DNA of 64,000 bases from an uncultured Gemmatimonadales bacterium (lineage in GTDB: Bacteria > Gemmatimonadota > Gemmatimonadetes > Gemmatimonadales > Gemmatimonadaceae), in NCBI GenBank assembly GCA_963851265.1, contig CAWKNZ010000002.1, positions 608,001 to 672,000 of the forward strand. The letters run 5' to 3'. How positions within the stretch are numbered: position 1 is the stretch's first letter; every line of letters begins with the position of its first letter. Of the stretch, positions 42,569 through 56,165 are shown piece after piece. The position numbers and the translations under genes were made by a program. A model generated the notes under the pieces. The model ran no database searches. It was not told where the DNA came from and worked only from the letters and a program-made list of their open reading frames with translations.

Positions 42569-42757
42569 TCGAGACGACGCTTATGACGCCGACCCGCATC
42601 GCACACCACACCACCTGTCGCGAGATGACACACGCGGCGAGTGACACGCGTCGCGAACTGACACACGCGCGGCGCAATTCGGAAGAAGTTCCACACGCCG
42701 CGTCCGCCGCGTCGTGCAGCACGCGACGACCCGCGCCTTATCGCGCCTCCGCGCAGT

Positions 42758-43543
42758 CTACCGCGCGTGCTTCCTCGCGACGAACGTCGGTCGCTCGTCG
42801 CCGCAGTCTTCGACGGTGGTCGCCCAACCGGCGTACTGCGGTTCGAGTTCGCGCACCCAGGCTGGCTCCGCGCCGGACGCGGACCGGGTCAACCGCGGCG
42901 CGCGCACGAAATGCGTCCCGCCCGGCAACGTCGCACGCTGGAGTGCATCGATTACGTCGGCGCGCGCACCCGCCTCCACGCGCGCCAGCGCGCCCGTCGA
43001 GCAGAGCACGACGCGCAAGCCGGCATCGGGGATCCAGTCGTCCAGGCCGCCCACGCACGCGCGCACCCTCCGCCCAAGTCCGGACGCCTCGGCCGCCGCC
43101 AGCGTCCGCTCGACCACCTCTGGTTCGTGCCCGACGGTCGTCACCGCACAACCCAGCGCCGCAGAGAACATCACGGCGTCCTCGTCGTCGACGCCGGCCA
43201 CGAGTACGTGTTCACCGTCGCCCGCGTCGATCAGCTCGCGCACCAACGTGGCCTCCGGCGCGAATCCCCAGTAGGCCGGCCGCCGCAGCTCCGCGATGCG
43301 CTTCATGTAGCGGCGCCGCCACGTGCGGTAGCTCGGCAACTTGAGTTGACGCGCGATGATTCGGTCGACCTCGTCACACAACACGAGTTCGGTGAGCGCC
43401 GCCTGCGGAAGCGCGCGCAGCCCCGCCACGGCCTCGTCGCCGAGCGCGAGAAGCACCGCGCGCGGCACGGATTCCTTGTACGCCTCGAGTTCGTCCTCGA
43501 GATACTGCTCGTACTCGTGCTTGAGTGAACGCGGGGCCTGCAT
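42758..43543 (-). CDS. Hypothetical protein; C-terminal part resembles a degenerate SAM-methyltransferase fold
   Basis: Plausible charged N-terminal helices (LKHEYEQYLEDELEAYKE); later HVLVAG...LQRATLPGGTH. Confidence 0.7.
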   Translation of the reverse strand: MQAPRSLKHEYEQYLEDELEAYKESVPRAVLLALGDEAVAGLRALPQAALTELVLCDEVDRIIARQLKLPSYRTWRRRYMKRIAELRRPAYWGFAPEATLVRELIDAGDGEHVLVAGVDDEDAVMFSAALGCAVTTVGHEPEVVERTLAAAEASGLGRRVRACVGGLDDWIPDAGLRVVLCSTGALARVEAGARADVIDALQRATLPGGTHFVRAPRLTRSASGAEPAWVRELEPQYAGWATTVEDCGDERPTFVARKHAR

Positions 43544-43707
43544 CGCCGGAACGTCGGAAAGAGGAGGCGGTAACCTACCATCCGTCCGACGCGGCGCAAC
43601 GCAGCGTTCGGCGCCGCGCACCCCCGCTGCGTACTACGCAGCACGCAGCGTCGGCGCGTCCCAACGGTGCGTCAGCCCGCGGCCACTCTCCATCTGATCG
43701 ACTACAT

Positions 43708-44493
43708 ATGCCGGAGCTCCCCGAGGTAGAAACCGCGGTCCGGCGCCTCCGGCCTGCGGTGATCGGACGCACCATCGTGCGCGTGCGCACGCTTCACTCG
43801 ATGACTCGGCGCACGCTCCCGCCGGATCCCGCCGCCGCGCTCGCAGGACGCCAGATCGTCCACGTCGACCGGTGGGCCAAGTACCAGACCATTTGGCTCG
43901 ACGACGGCAGCGCGATCGAAGTCCATTTTCGCATGGCCGGCGATTGGGCATTCGGGCCGACGTCGACCTCGGACGCGATCCGCTTCGCGCGCGCCGCGAT
44001 CGATCTCGACGACGGGTCCACGGTCACGCTCGTCGACAGCCGCGGCTTCGGCACGCTCCGGCGCATCGCGCCGGGTACACCGCCCGCGGTGCGCGCCCCC
44101 GATGCCCTCGACGCAGCGTTCGACGCGCCCTACCTCGCGCGCGTGCTCACCGGCCGCCGTCAGGCGATCAAACCGACGCTGCTCGATCAGGCCGTCGTCG
44201 GTGGTATCGGAAACATCTACGCGTCCGAAGCGCTCTGGCGCGCCCGCATCGATCCTCGCACGCCCCCCGCTCGAGTCGGACCGCGTCGCGTTGCACGCCT
44301 GGCGCTCGCCATCCGCGAGACGCTGCGCGACGCCATCGCGGACCCCGGGCGCTACGCCAACGACGACGCACTCGATCGCCTCGCCGTCTACGACCGCGCC
44401 GGCGCTCCGTGCGCGCGCTGCCGGCGCGCGATCGTGCGGATCGTGCAGGGCGGCCGTTCCACGTACTACTGCCCGGGCTGTCAACGGCGGTGA
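43708..44493 (+). CDS. mutM: Formamidopyrimidine-DNA glycosylase
   Basis: MPELPEVE, HFRMAG, LLDQ..GIGNIYASE, C-terminal CxxC...CxxCQ zinc finger. Confidence 0.95.
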   Translation: MPELPEVETAVRRLRPAVIGRTIVRVRTLHSMTRRTLPPDPAAALAGRQIVHVDRWAKYQTIWLDDGSAIEVHFRMAGDWAFGPTSTSDAIRFARAAIDLDDGSTVTLVDSRGFGTLRRIAPGTPPAVRAPDALDAAFDAPYLARVLTGRRQAIKPTLLDQAVVGGIGNIYASEALWRARIDPRTPPARVGPRRVARLALAIRETLRDAIADPGRYANDDALDRLAVYDRAGAPCARCRRAIVRIVQGGRSTYYCPGCQRR

Positions 44494-44518
44494 CGTCCCG
44501 CCGATCCGGCGCGACCGC

Positions 44519-45742
44519 TCAGTCGAGCGCTTCGAGCAGCGCGCCCTTGATGTAGCCCGTCTCCGGGATCGTCAGCACCTCGGGATGATCGAGCGGCTGG
44601 CCGCGCACCTCGCGGAGCACGATTCGGCGCCCGCTGTCCGCGGCGGCCGCGGTCAGGACCTCCAGAAAGTCGGCGCGGCTGAGGTGAAAGCTGCAACTCG
44701 CCGTGTACAGCAACCCGCCAGGCGCGAGTAGCCGCATGGCGCGAAGGTTCACCTCCTTGTAGCCGCGGACCGCCGCGTCCACGGCGCTCCGCGTCTTGGC
44801 GAACGCCGGGGGATCGAGGACGATCGTCTCGAACCGTTCGCCAGCACGGTCGGCGTCGCGCAGATAGTCGAAGGCGTTCGCCTCGCGCGTTTCGACGTTC
44901 GTGAAGCCGTTGAGCGCGAAGTTCTCCCGCGCGCGCTCGAGCGCCGCCGCCGAAATGTCGAGGGCGAGCACCGAGTCGGCACGCCGCGCGAGGTGGAGCG
45001 CGAAGGAGCCGTGATAGCTGAAGCAGTCGAGTGCCCGCCCGCGCGCGATGCGTCCGACGAGTGTGCGATTGTCGCGCTGGTCGAGAAAGGCGCCGGTCTT
45101 CTGGCCTGTCCACGGTGCCGCGAGGTACCGCACGCCCGACTCCTCGACGGTGACCGTGTTCGGGACCGTTCCGTGGAGCAGCACCGTCTCGCGCGGGAGC
45201 GCTTCGCGTGCGCGCAACGCCGCGTCGTTCCGTGCCAGCACGCCCTCGGCCCCGGTGAGGGCGACGAGTGCCGAGACGATCTCCGTGCGGGCCGACTCGA
45301 GTCCCGCACTCATGAGCTGGACGACGAGCCACCGATCGTACCGGTCCACCACGAGCGACGGCAGGCCGTCGCCTTCGCCGTGCACCAACCGGTACGCCGT
45401 GTCGCCGCGAGGGAGTGACGCGCGACGGTTGATTGCGCCGCCGATCGCACTGCGCCACCACGCGGCATCGACCGCCGTATCCGCGGCGCGGCTGAGCAGA
45501 CGGAGCGAGATCTCGGACGCCGGACTCCACAGCGCGACGCCGATGGCCCGACCGCGCGCGTCGTGAACGCGCACCACGCCTGCGGGTCCGTCCGGGCGCG
45601 TGATGACGTCGCTGCGATAGATCCACGGGTGCCCCCGTGCCCATCGTTCGGCTCCTCGGGCCGAGACCGTCGCGCCGGCCGCGCCGGGCACGTTGTTCGG
45701 TCCGTGACTCGTTCGGCTCAGCGAAGCGCGAGTGGGCGTCAC
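44519..45742 (-). CDS. RlmI-family SAM-dependent rRNA methyltransferase
   Basis: GHPWIY PUA domain, GEGDGLP, GQKTGAFLDQRDNR, LDPPAF, SCS. Confidence 0.9.
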   Translation of the reverse strand: MTPTRASLSRTSHGPNNVPGAAGATVSARGAERWARGHPWIYRSDVITRPDGPAGVVRVHDARGRAIGVALWSPASEISLRLLSRAADTAVDAAWWRSAIGGAINRRASLPRGDTAYRLVHGEGDGLPSLVVDRYDRWLVVQLMSAGLESARTEIVSALVALTGAEGVLARNDAALRAREALPRETVLLHGTVPNTVTVEESGVRYLAAPWTGQKTGAFLDQRDNRTLVGRIARGRALDCFSYHGSFALHLARRADSVLALDISAAALERARENFALNGFTNVETREANAFDYLRDADRAGERFETIVLDPPAFAKTRSAVDAAVRGYKEVNLRAMRLLAPGGLLYTASCSFHLSRADFLEVLTAAAADSGRRIVLREVRGQPLDHPEVLTIPETGYIKGALLEALD

Positions 45743-45829
45743 GCGGTCGGTTGGGTGCGGGCGAACATGTGGCGGATGCTAGGTCCGGTGGTGCCCCACG
45801 GGAACCGCAACGCGCGCGCTGCGCACCCC

Positions 45830-45858
45830 TTGACGGGACTCGATGCTGTTCGTAAGTT
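45830..45858 (+). promoter_or_regulatory. Sigma-70 promoter for the 23S-5S unit
   Basis: TTGACG-N17-TAAGTT. Confidence 0.7.
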
Positions 45859-45972
45859 GACCATCCCGCCGCGATCAGGTCGCGCGGCGGAATGCAGCGG
45901 CGCTCGATGGGTAACTACAATCAGCGCTGGCAGTTGCGGATCGACGCGAGCCGGTTTATGATAACCGTCCGC

Positions 45973-46002
45973 CCGCGGCCAAGGCCGCGGACTGTTTGAC
46001 AA
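45973..46002 (+). promoter_or_regulatory. rRNA antitermination boxB hairpin + boxA-like sequence
   Basis: CCGCGGCC-AA-GGCCGCGG hairpin followed by ACTGTTTGACAA. Confidence 0.5.
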
Positions 46003-46191
46003 ATGAAGGACGAGGGTGATCGCGGCACGCGCGTGGTAACACCCGTGTGTTGTGATCGAGTGGGAAGTGATCTTCGTCGATCTTCGACGTCGCGCAAGCG
46101 ATGTCTGGTGATCGACGCGAGACTGCGAAGTGTGATGTAGTACGCCTGACGGCGACTACTGTGCAGATGCTTGCCTCCACATTGCGGTGGT

Positions 46192-49140
<2,949 letters not shown>

Positions 49141-49336
49141 CCCCTCTCCGCTCCTGCGGGACGTGAGAGGATCCATTTGAAATACGACGCAAGCGTCTGC
49201 ACGCACACGTCCCACACCCTCGTCCGTCATTGGCCCGCGGCGCTAGCCGCTGCGGGTTAAGACATTCCCGCCTGATGCGAACACACGTTCGCATCGTGCG
49301 GAGACGCGCATGGTCTGCGTGGACAAAAATTGAGAT

Positions 49337-49454
49337 CGCTGGCGACTAGAGCGTCGGGGCCACACCCGTTCCCATCCCGAACACGGTCGTTAAGCCCGAC
49401 AGCGCCGATGGTACTCCGCCCGAGAGGGCGCGGGAGAGTAGGCCGTCGCCGGCA
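49337..49454 (+). rRNA. rrf: 5S ribosomal RNA
   Basis: CCCATCCCGAACACGG, GCCGATGGTAC, GGGAGAGTAGG; paired ends. Confidence 0.97.
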
Positions 49455-49460
49455 CCCTTG

Positions 49461-49502
49461 CACCCAGGGCAGTACCTAACCGGTACTGCCCTGGGTGTTT
49501 TT
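49461..49502 (+). terminator. Intrinsic terminator of the rRNA unit
   Basis: 16-bp stem CACCCAGGGCAGTACC/GGTACTGCCCTGGGTG followed by a T-tract. Confidence 0.92.
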
Positions 49503-49583
49503 GTTCGTGCCATAGACGCGGCCACGTCCCCTGCGCGGCGTCGTATGCTCGAGCCGTGTACGCGTCTTGCCGAGTGTGACGGC

Positions 49584-50378
49584 ATGAAACGGTTCTCGAC
49601 GCAATTAGTGACTTTTGCGGCTGGTGCAGCGGCCGTGGCACTCTGGCAACGCGCGCGGTCGGGTCAGCAGACCGCCGAGCGGCTTGCGGCGGCAACGCTC
49701 GAAGTGCTTCTCAACGCGATCGACGCGAACGACGCGATGACCGGCGCGCACGTGCGCCGCACAGCCGGGTACGCCCTCATCCTCGCGCGCGCCGCAGCCC
49801 TGGACGAAGTGTCGCGCCGGCGGGTCGAGCGCGTCGCGCTCTTCCACGATATCGGCAAATTGCACGAGGCGCTCTTCGACATCGTGCACGACGATTCGAA
49901 GCTCACGGAGGAGGAGCGCGATGCTGTCGCGACGCATCCGCAACGTGGGGCCGACGTGCTGGAGCCGCTGAGCGGGTTCTACCCGGAACTTGCCGAGGGC
50001 GTCCTGTCGCACCACGAGCGTTGGGACGGCGACGGGTATCCGCGCAAGTTGCGCGGAGAGCAGATCCCGATCGAAGCGCGCGTGGTGGCGATCGCCGACA
50101 CGTTCGACGCGCTCACCCACACTCGGCGATACCACGATGGGGAGAGCGTGACGCGCGGCGTCGACGTCATCACCGAGGGGAGGGGGACGCAGTTCGACCC
50201 CGCGTTGGTCGACCTATTCCTCTCGCGCGACGTCATGCACTGTGTCGAGGAGCAGCTTCGGTCAGACGTCCCGGTCGGCTTGCGTCGGACGCGCGCCGAG
50301 CGGCGCACCCGTGAGCAGGAAGCAGACGTGCCCGACGTCCGCTTCCGCTGGCGAGCGTCGGCGAACGCGTCGGAATGA
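49584..50378 (+). CDS. HD-GYP domain phosphodiesterase
   Basis: TGAHVRR, FHDIGK, HHERWDGDGYP, ADTFDA, GTQFDP. Confidence 0.92.
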   Translation: MKRFSTQLVTFAAGAAAVALWQRARSGQQTAERLAAATLEVLLNAIDANDAMTGAHVRRTAGYALILARAAALDEVSRRRVERVALFHDIGKLHEALFDIVHDDSKLTEEERDAVATHPQRGADVLEPLSGFYPELAEGVLSHHERWDGDGYPRKLRGEQIPIEARVVAIADTFDALTHTRRYHDGESVTRGVDVITEGRGTQFDPALVDLFLSRDVMHCVEEQLRSDVPVGLRRTRAERRTREQEADVPDVRFRWRASANASE

Positions 50379-50469
50379 CTCGCCGCCGAGGTTGATGCCG
50401 GCGCCGTCCGATGTCGGCACTCGGATGCGCCGAGACGAGCACGCTCGACCTCGTCGCGAGATGTCGATC

Positions 50470-51525
50470 TCAGCGTCCGGCGGCTCGGGCCGCCGCGGTG
50501 CTCTCCGCCGCTGAACGGGCGAGCGCCCGCGATTCGCGGACCGCCTGGAGGTGTTGAGCGAACGAGGTGCGAAACTCGTGGTGGCCGTCGGGTTGCGCGA
50601 CGAAGAACAGGTACGGGACGTGGGCAGGATTCACGGCCGCGGCCAGGCTCGGCGCGCCCGGCGAGCCGATTGGTCCCGGAGGAAGTCCCGTGTGGCGGTA
50701 CGTGTTGTACGGCGAGTCGACGTCCAGATCGCGGTAGAGGACACGCGAAGTGTGGTGCCCGAGCGCGTACTGCACCGTGGGATCTGATTCGAGCCGCATC
50801 CCCTTCCGAAGGCGGTTGTAGTAGACCGCTGCGATTGCGGGTCGCTCTTCGGCGCGGACGGCCTCACGCTCCACGATCGAGGCGAGTGTGACGGCATCAT
50901 GGCGCTTCAGAGCGAGCGCCTGCAGCCGGTCGTTCCACTCCGGACGCCAGGCCTGTTCGAAGCGGGCGACCATCTGTGCGACCGCCGCGCGAGCCGAGGT
51001 GCCATCGGGAAAGGTGTACGTCGCCGGGAAGAGATATCCCTCGAGCGTCGGCGTCGGATCATCGAGTCGATGCAGAAGCGACGTGTCCCGCACGGCGGCT
51101 GCGACCGAGTCGACGGGGGTGCCGAGTGCGCGCGCGAGCTGCGGAACGATCTGCCGAAGCTCCCATCCTTCGACGATCGTGACGACGTGCACGATCCCCT
51201 TCCCACTCACGAGGGCGTCGGCGAGCGATGCGTAGGAGGCGCCCGGCCGAAGCACGTACGTACCGGGTTTGATGCGTCGATCGTGCCGCGACCAGGTCGC
51301 ATAGAGCCGGAACAGGAGCGACGATCGGATCACGCCGCGGCTCACGAGCGAGTCGGATGCGGCGCGGAACGACGCTCCGCGTGGAATCACGACGCGCACT
51401 CTCCCGTCGGTCGCGCCCGGTCCGCTGCAGGCCACCGCGGCAGCGAGCGAAGCGGCGAGCGCCGCTGTCATCCGCCGTCGGCGCGTGTGCCGCGGCGTGC
51501 CGAACGAACCGCTAGGCACTCGCAT
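50470..51525 (-). CDS. mltG: Endolytic transglycosylase MltG
   Basis: LEGYLFPATY, LASIVERE, MRLESDPTVQY, SPYNTY..GLPPGPI. Confidence 0.95.
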   Translation of the reverse strand: MRVPSGSFGTPRHTRRRRMTAALAASLAAAVACSGPGATDGRVRVVIPRGASFRAASDSLVSRGVIRSSLLFRLYATWSRHDRRIKPGTYVLRPGASYASLADALVSGKGIVHVVTIVEGWELRQIVPQLARALGTPVDSVAAAVRDTSLLHRLDDPTPTLEGYLFPATYTFPDGTSARAAVAQMVARFEQAWRPEWNDRLQALALKRHDAVTLASIVEREAVRAEERPAIAAVYYNRLRKGMRLESDPTVQYALGHHTSRVLYRDLDVDSPYNTYRHTGLPPGPIGSPGAPSLAAAVNPAHVPYLFFVAQPDGHHEFRTSFAQHLQAVRESRALARSAAESTAAARAAGR

Positions 51526-52095
51526 CGCGAGGTCCGGCCGCGTCGGTCTCCACGTCGGGCGACGTGCGCCGAAAGTCGCCGTCGGCGCTCACGCCGCGCG
51601 CGTCCTCGTTCGCGAGCACCGCGAGCGCGTGTCGCAGGAGCACCGTCGCCGCGAGCGCGTCGACGTCTTCCTTGCGGCCGCGCACCGAGCCGCCCATGTC
51701 GCGCACCGCACGGAGCGCGGCCGCGGTCGTATAGCGCTCGTCCACCAAGCGCACCGGCAGTCCCGTTCGGCGTTCAAGTTCGGTGGCGATCCGACGGACT
51801 TCGAGGGCCCGCGGCGTGTCGTCGCCGGCGCCGTCGAGCGGGAGGCCGAGCACGAACGCCACTGCCTCGAGCGCTTCGGCACGCCGAACCATCTCGGCGA
51901 TCGGCGGTCGCTTGCCCGGACGGCGGACGATAGCGCCCGCTGGCGTCGCGATGATTCCGAGCGGATCGCTGATTGCGAGCCCGACACGCCGCTCGCCGTA
52001 GTCGACGGCGAGCACGCGACCGCGCGGGAACGCCGCCGGGGCCGGTGGAACGACCGGGCCCGGCTCGGGCGAGTGATCGACGGGCCGGAGTTCGA

Positions 52096-52099
<4 letters not shown>
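51512..52099 (-). CDS. ruvX: Holliday junction resolvase-like RuvX/YqgF
   Basis: [34 protein letters not shown]. Confidence 0.93.
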
Positions 52100-53373
<1,274 letters not shown>

Positions 53374-53728
53374 CAGTTCACCGGGCACGGCAGGGCGGGC
53401 GGTGGGGGAGGGGGACGGCGGGGCTGGCGGCAAACCGGTACGCCGGAAGGAGCCCCCACACTTCGCAGAAGCGGTGCCGAGGCGACCGAGGGCGAGCGGA
53501 TGGAGGCCGGGACGGGCGCGCAACGCTGCGGGAGACATGCGCCCGCGGAGCGCAGCTCCTCGTGCAGCACTGCACCGCCGCGGGTCCGTCCGCGTGTTAG
53601 GCGCGTCTCGCCCGCGTCAACGCGGGTACATCCCGTGTATCGAAGGGTCGGGGCAAGAAACGCCGGACGGCCACAGGCGTCAACCGAGGCCTGAACCGAG
53701 CGACCGAAGGGCTGCCCGGCGTCTATGC

Positions 53729-54682
53729 TCAGAACGCGATGTACCGGAGCGGGTTTCGGCGCGTATCGGCCAGGAGCGCCTCGAGTTCGATGCGGGCGCT
53801 CGCCATTTCGCGTTGGAGTTGCGCGTCCCTGCGTAGTCGACCGGCAGTCCCGTCGGGCGAGTCGAGGAGGCGCTGAACGACGCCGAGTTCGGTGCGGAGC
53901 GAGTCGACGCTCCGCCAGAGCGTGGAATCCGTGCGAAAGCGGTAGGCCGACGTGCCCGGGCGCTCGAGCCGTGCTCGAACGACATCGACGCGTTCGAGGA
54001 TCACGCGCGCGCGGTCGGCGAGTGCCGCGGCGCGACCCGTCGACAGCCCGTTGGCAGTTTGGATCCGGTCGACGATGCGCCCGAGGACCTGCGAGGTGGA
54101 GGCCAGGCGATCCGGACCCGTGACTCCGAGTGCACCGAGGGTGCCCTGCGCCGTCCGAAGCTGAACGGCGAGCACGCGGAGGTTGCCGATGATGACCGGA
54201 AGTTCGGTGCCCGCGGTGGTCGTGACGCGCGTGCGAAGCGTTTCGAACTGGTCGTTCGGGTTGGCGAACAGGGTGTCGCCCTCGCGTACGGCGGGCGCGG
54301 TCGCGCTGCGGCGCGTCGCGATCGAGATGACGGGGGCGCCGATGAGGCTCGTGCCGGGTCGAACGGCGACCCGGGCTCCGCGCGCGATCTGCGCCTCGTA
54401 CGTCTTCAGAACGTCGAAGGTGACCAGAACCCGGAGTGCCGAATCGGCGCTCGGCGTTCGAAATCCGACCGCGGTCACGAGGCCGACACGTTGGCCGGCG
54501 AGCCAAACGTCGCTCCCAGGAAGGACACCCGTGGCGTCGGCGACCGCGGCATGCAGGCGGATTGTGCGGCCGTGGAGGGCACCGACCCGGGCGAAGACGA
54601 GGACGACCAGGGCCGCGCCGATCACGGCAGCGAGGGCGAGGATCCCGCCCTTAACATCTCGCCAGTTGTGGGCCCGGGTCAT
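53729..54682 (-). CDS. MlaD/MCE family protein
   Basis: N-terminal TM, ATGVLPGSDVWLAGQRVGLV MCE motif, helical C-terminus ending NPLRYIAF. Confidence 0.88.
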   Translation of the reverse strand: MTRAHNWRDVKGGILALAAVIGAALVVLVFARVGALHGRTIRLHAAVADATGVLPGSDVWLAGQRVGLVTAVGFRTPSADSALRVLVTFDVLKTYEAQIARGARVAVRPGTSLIGAPVISIATRRSATAPAVREGDTLFANPNDQFETLRTRVTTTAGTELPVIIGNLRVLAVQLRTAQGTLGALGVTGPDRLASTSQVLGRIVDRIQTANGLSTGRAAALADRARVILERVDVVRARLERPGTSAYRFRTDSTLWRSVDSLRTELGVVQRLLDSPDGTAGRLRRDAQLQREMASARIELEALLADTRRNPLRYIAF

Positions 54683-54910
54683 GCGGCGGGTCGGGGCAAG
54701 GGGTGGACCACGCACGCCGCGCATCCGACGCGCGGGTCTGCGCTCGCCCTCGCGCCGCGTGCACGCGCGCGTGGTGGCGCGTGATGGCGCCTGGTGGCGG
54801 TGCGTCGATCCTCGACGTGCGAACGCCCCCGGACCGTCGGGCGGCCGGGGGCGATGCGGAAGTGAGCGTGATACCGAATACCGACCCGGAGGCCGAGTCG
54901 ACGTGCGAGG

Positions 54911-54984
54911 CGCGCGTGACAGGATTCGAACCTGTGACCTTCGGCTCCGGAGGCCGACGCTCTATCCAACTGAGCTACACGCGC
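54911..54984 (-). tRNA. tRNA-Arg(CCG)
   Basis: Cloverleaf; anticodon loop CTCCGGA; no encoded CCA. Confidence 0.95.
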
Positions 54985-55106
54985 AGTGCGGTGCCGACGG
55001 GTGGTACGTCCGCCGTGAGCGCTCGCTTGTGGCGAGGCGCGGAGGCGAGGCGCGTCGGATCACGGAGCGCGAGCGGGCCCGCGTACGCCCGTCGCGTGAG
55101 TGGTAG

Positions 55107-55180
55107 TCGGGGCGACTGGATTCGAACCAGCGACCTCCTGCTCCCGAAGCAGGCGCTCTACCGGGCTAAGCTACGCCCCG
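55107..55180 (-). tRNA. tRNA-Pro(CGG)
   Basis: CGGGGCG acceptor; anticodon loop TTCGGGA. Confidence 0.95.
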
Positions 55181-55256
55181 TTCGTACGGAGACCGTACGA
55201 TTACTGCAGAAACAACTTTAGATGTAACGACGGGTCCGGTGGGACCGGACCCGCAA

Positions 55257-55330
55257 CGCGCCCGAGAGGACTCGAACCTCTAACCTTCTGATCCGTAGTC
55301 AGATGCTCTATCCAATTGAGCTACGGGCGC
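55257..55330 (-). tRNA. tRNA-Arg(ACG)
   Basis: Cloverleaf; anticodon loop CTACGGA. Confidence 0.95.
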
Positions 55331-55411
55331 AAAGCGAATCGCGAAGCTAGCCGAGCCCGGGGAGGCCCGTCAAGCGGGCCGAGCGGGTCGATTGCGACGG
55401 GATGCCGCGGA

Positions 55412-55485
55412 TGGGCGGTACAAGACTCGAACTTGTGACCTCCACGATGTCAACGTGGCGCTCTAACCAACTGAGCTAACCGCCC
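55412..55485 (-). tRNA. tRNA-Val(GAC)
   Basis: Cloverleaf; anticodon loop TTGACAT. Confidence 0.95.
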
Positions 55486-55533
55486 GGGTCGATCGATTGT
55501 CAACGGACGAAAGCTCGCGCCGTCGTCACTGTA

Positions 55534-55606
55534 AGCGGGAAACGGGACTCGAACCCGCGACCCCAACCTTGGCAAGGTTGTGCTCTACCAACTGAGCTAT
55601 TCCCGC
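55534..55606 (-). tRNA. tRNA-Gly(GCC)
   Basis: GCGGGAA acceptor; anticodon loop TTGCCAA. Confidence 0.95.
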
Positions 55607-55666
55607 GCGGTCGCTCGTACTGCGCCGATCAGACGTTCGGGGTCACCCCGGCGCGGTGGCCGGGGA

Positions 55667-55739
<73 letters not shown>

Positions 55740-56165
55740 GGGCGCCCCGACGACTGACGTGGACGCGCGTCGACTGCCGCGCCCATCGGCATCAGGAACG
55801 AAAGATCATAGCCGTGGGTATGTCGAGTGTCAAGCGATTCCGGAGGCGGCGGCGCGCGTGCGCCGGCGGTCCTCTAGCGGATCGGGCCTTGACTCGTATG
55901 TTGCGCGGCCACGTTCCTGCGTGCACGCCCTGGTGCGGGCGCGCGGCGTGTCCGCCTCACCACCTCGGCGTGCGCCAACGCGCGCTCGTGATCTCGCGTA
56001 GTGCAGTCCCGCGCGCGACCACGGCGCGGCGCTGCCTTGCGCGCCGTGGCACCGCTCTGGCGGTCTACATCGGCGGTCTAGGCTGGCGGACGTCCCGCGC
56101 GACCCGGACGGCCGCCACAGCTGCTTATTCGACGCACTGCGTTCTCAATACACGGAAACTTCACT

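Noticed and set aside
55231..55253. Hairpin CGGGTCCGGT-GGG-ACCGGACCCG between tRNA genes as a terminator
   Set aside because: No clear U-tract directly after it on the tRNA strand; may be only a processing or pausing structure.
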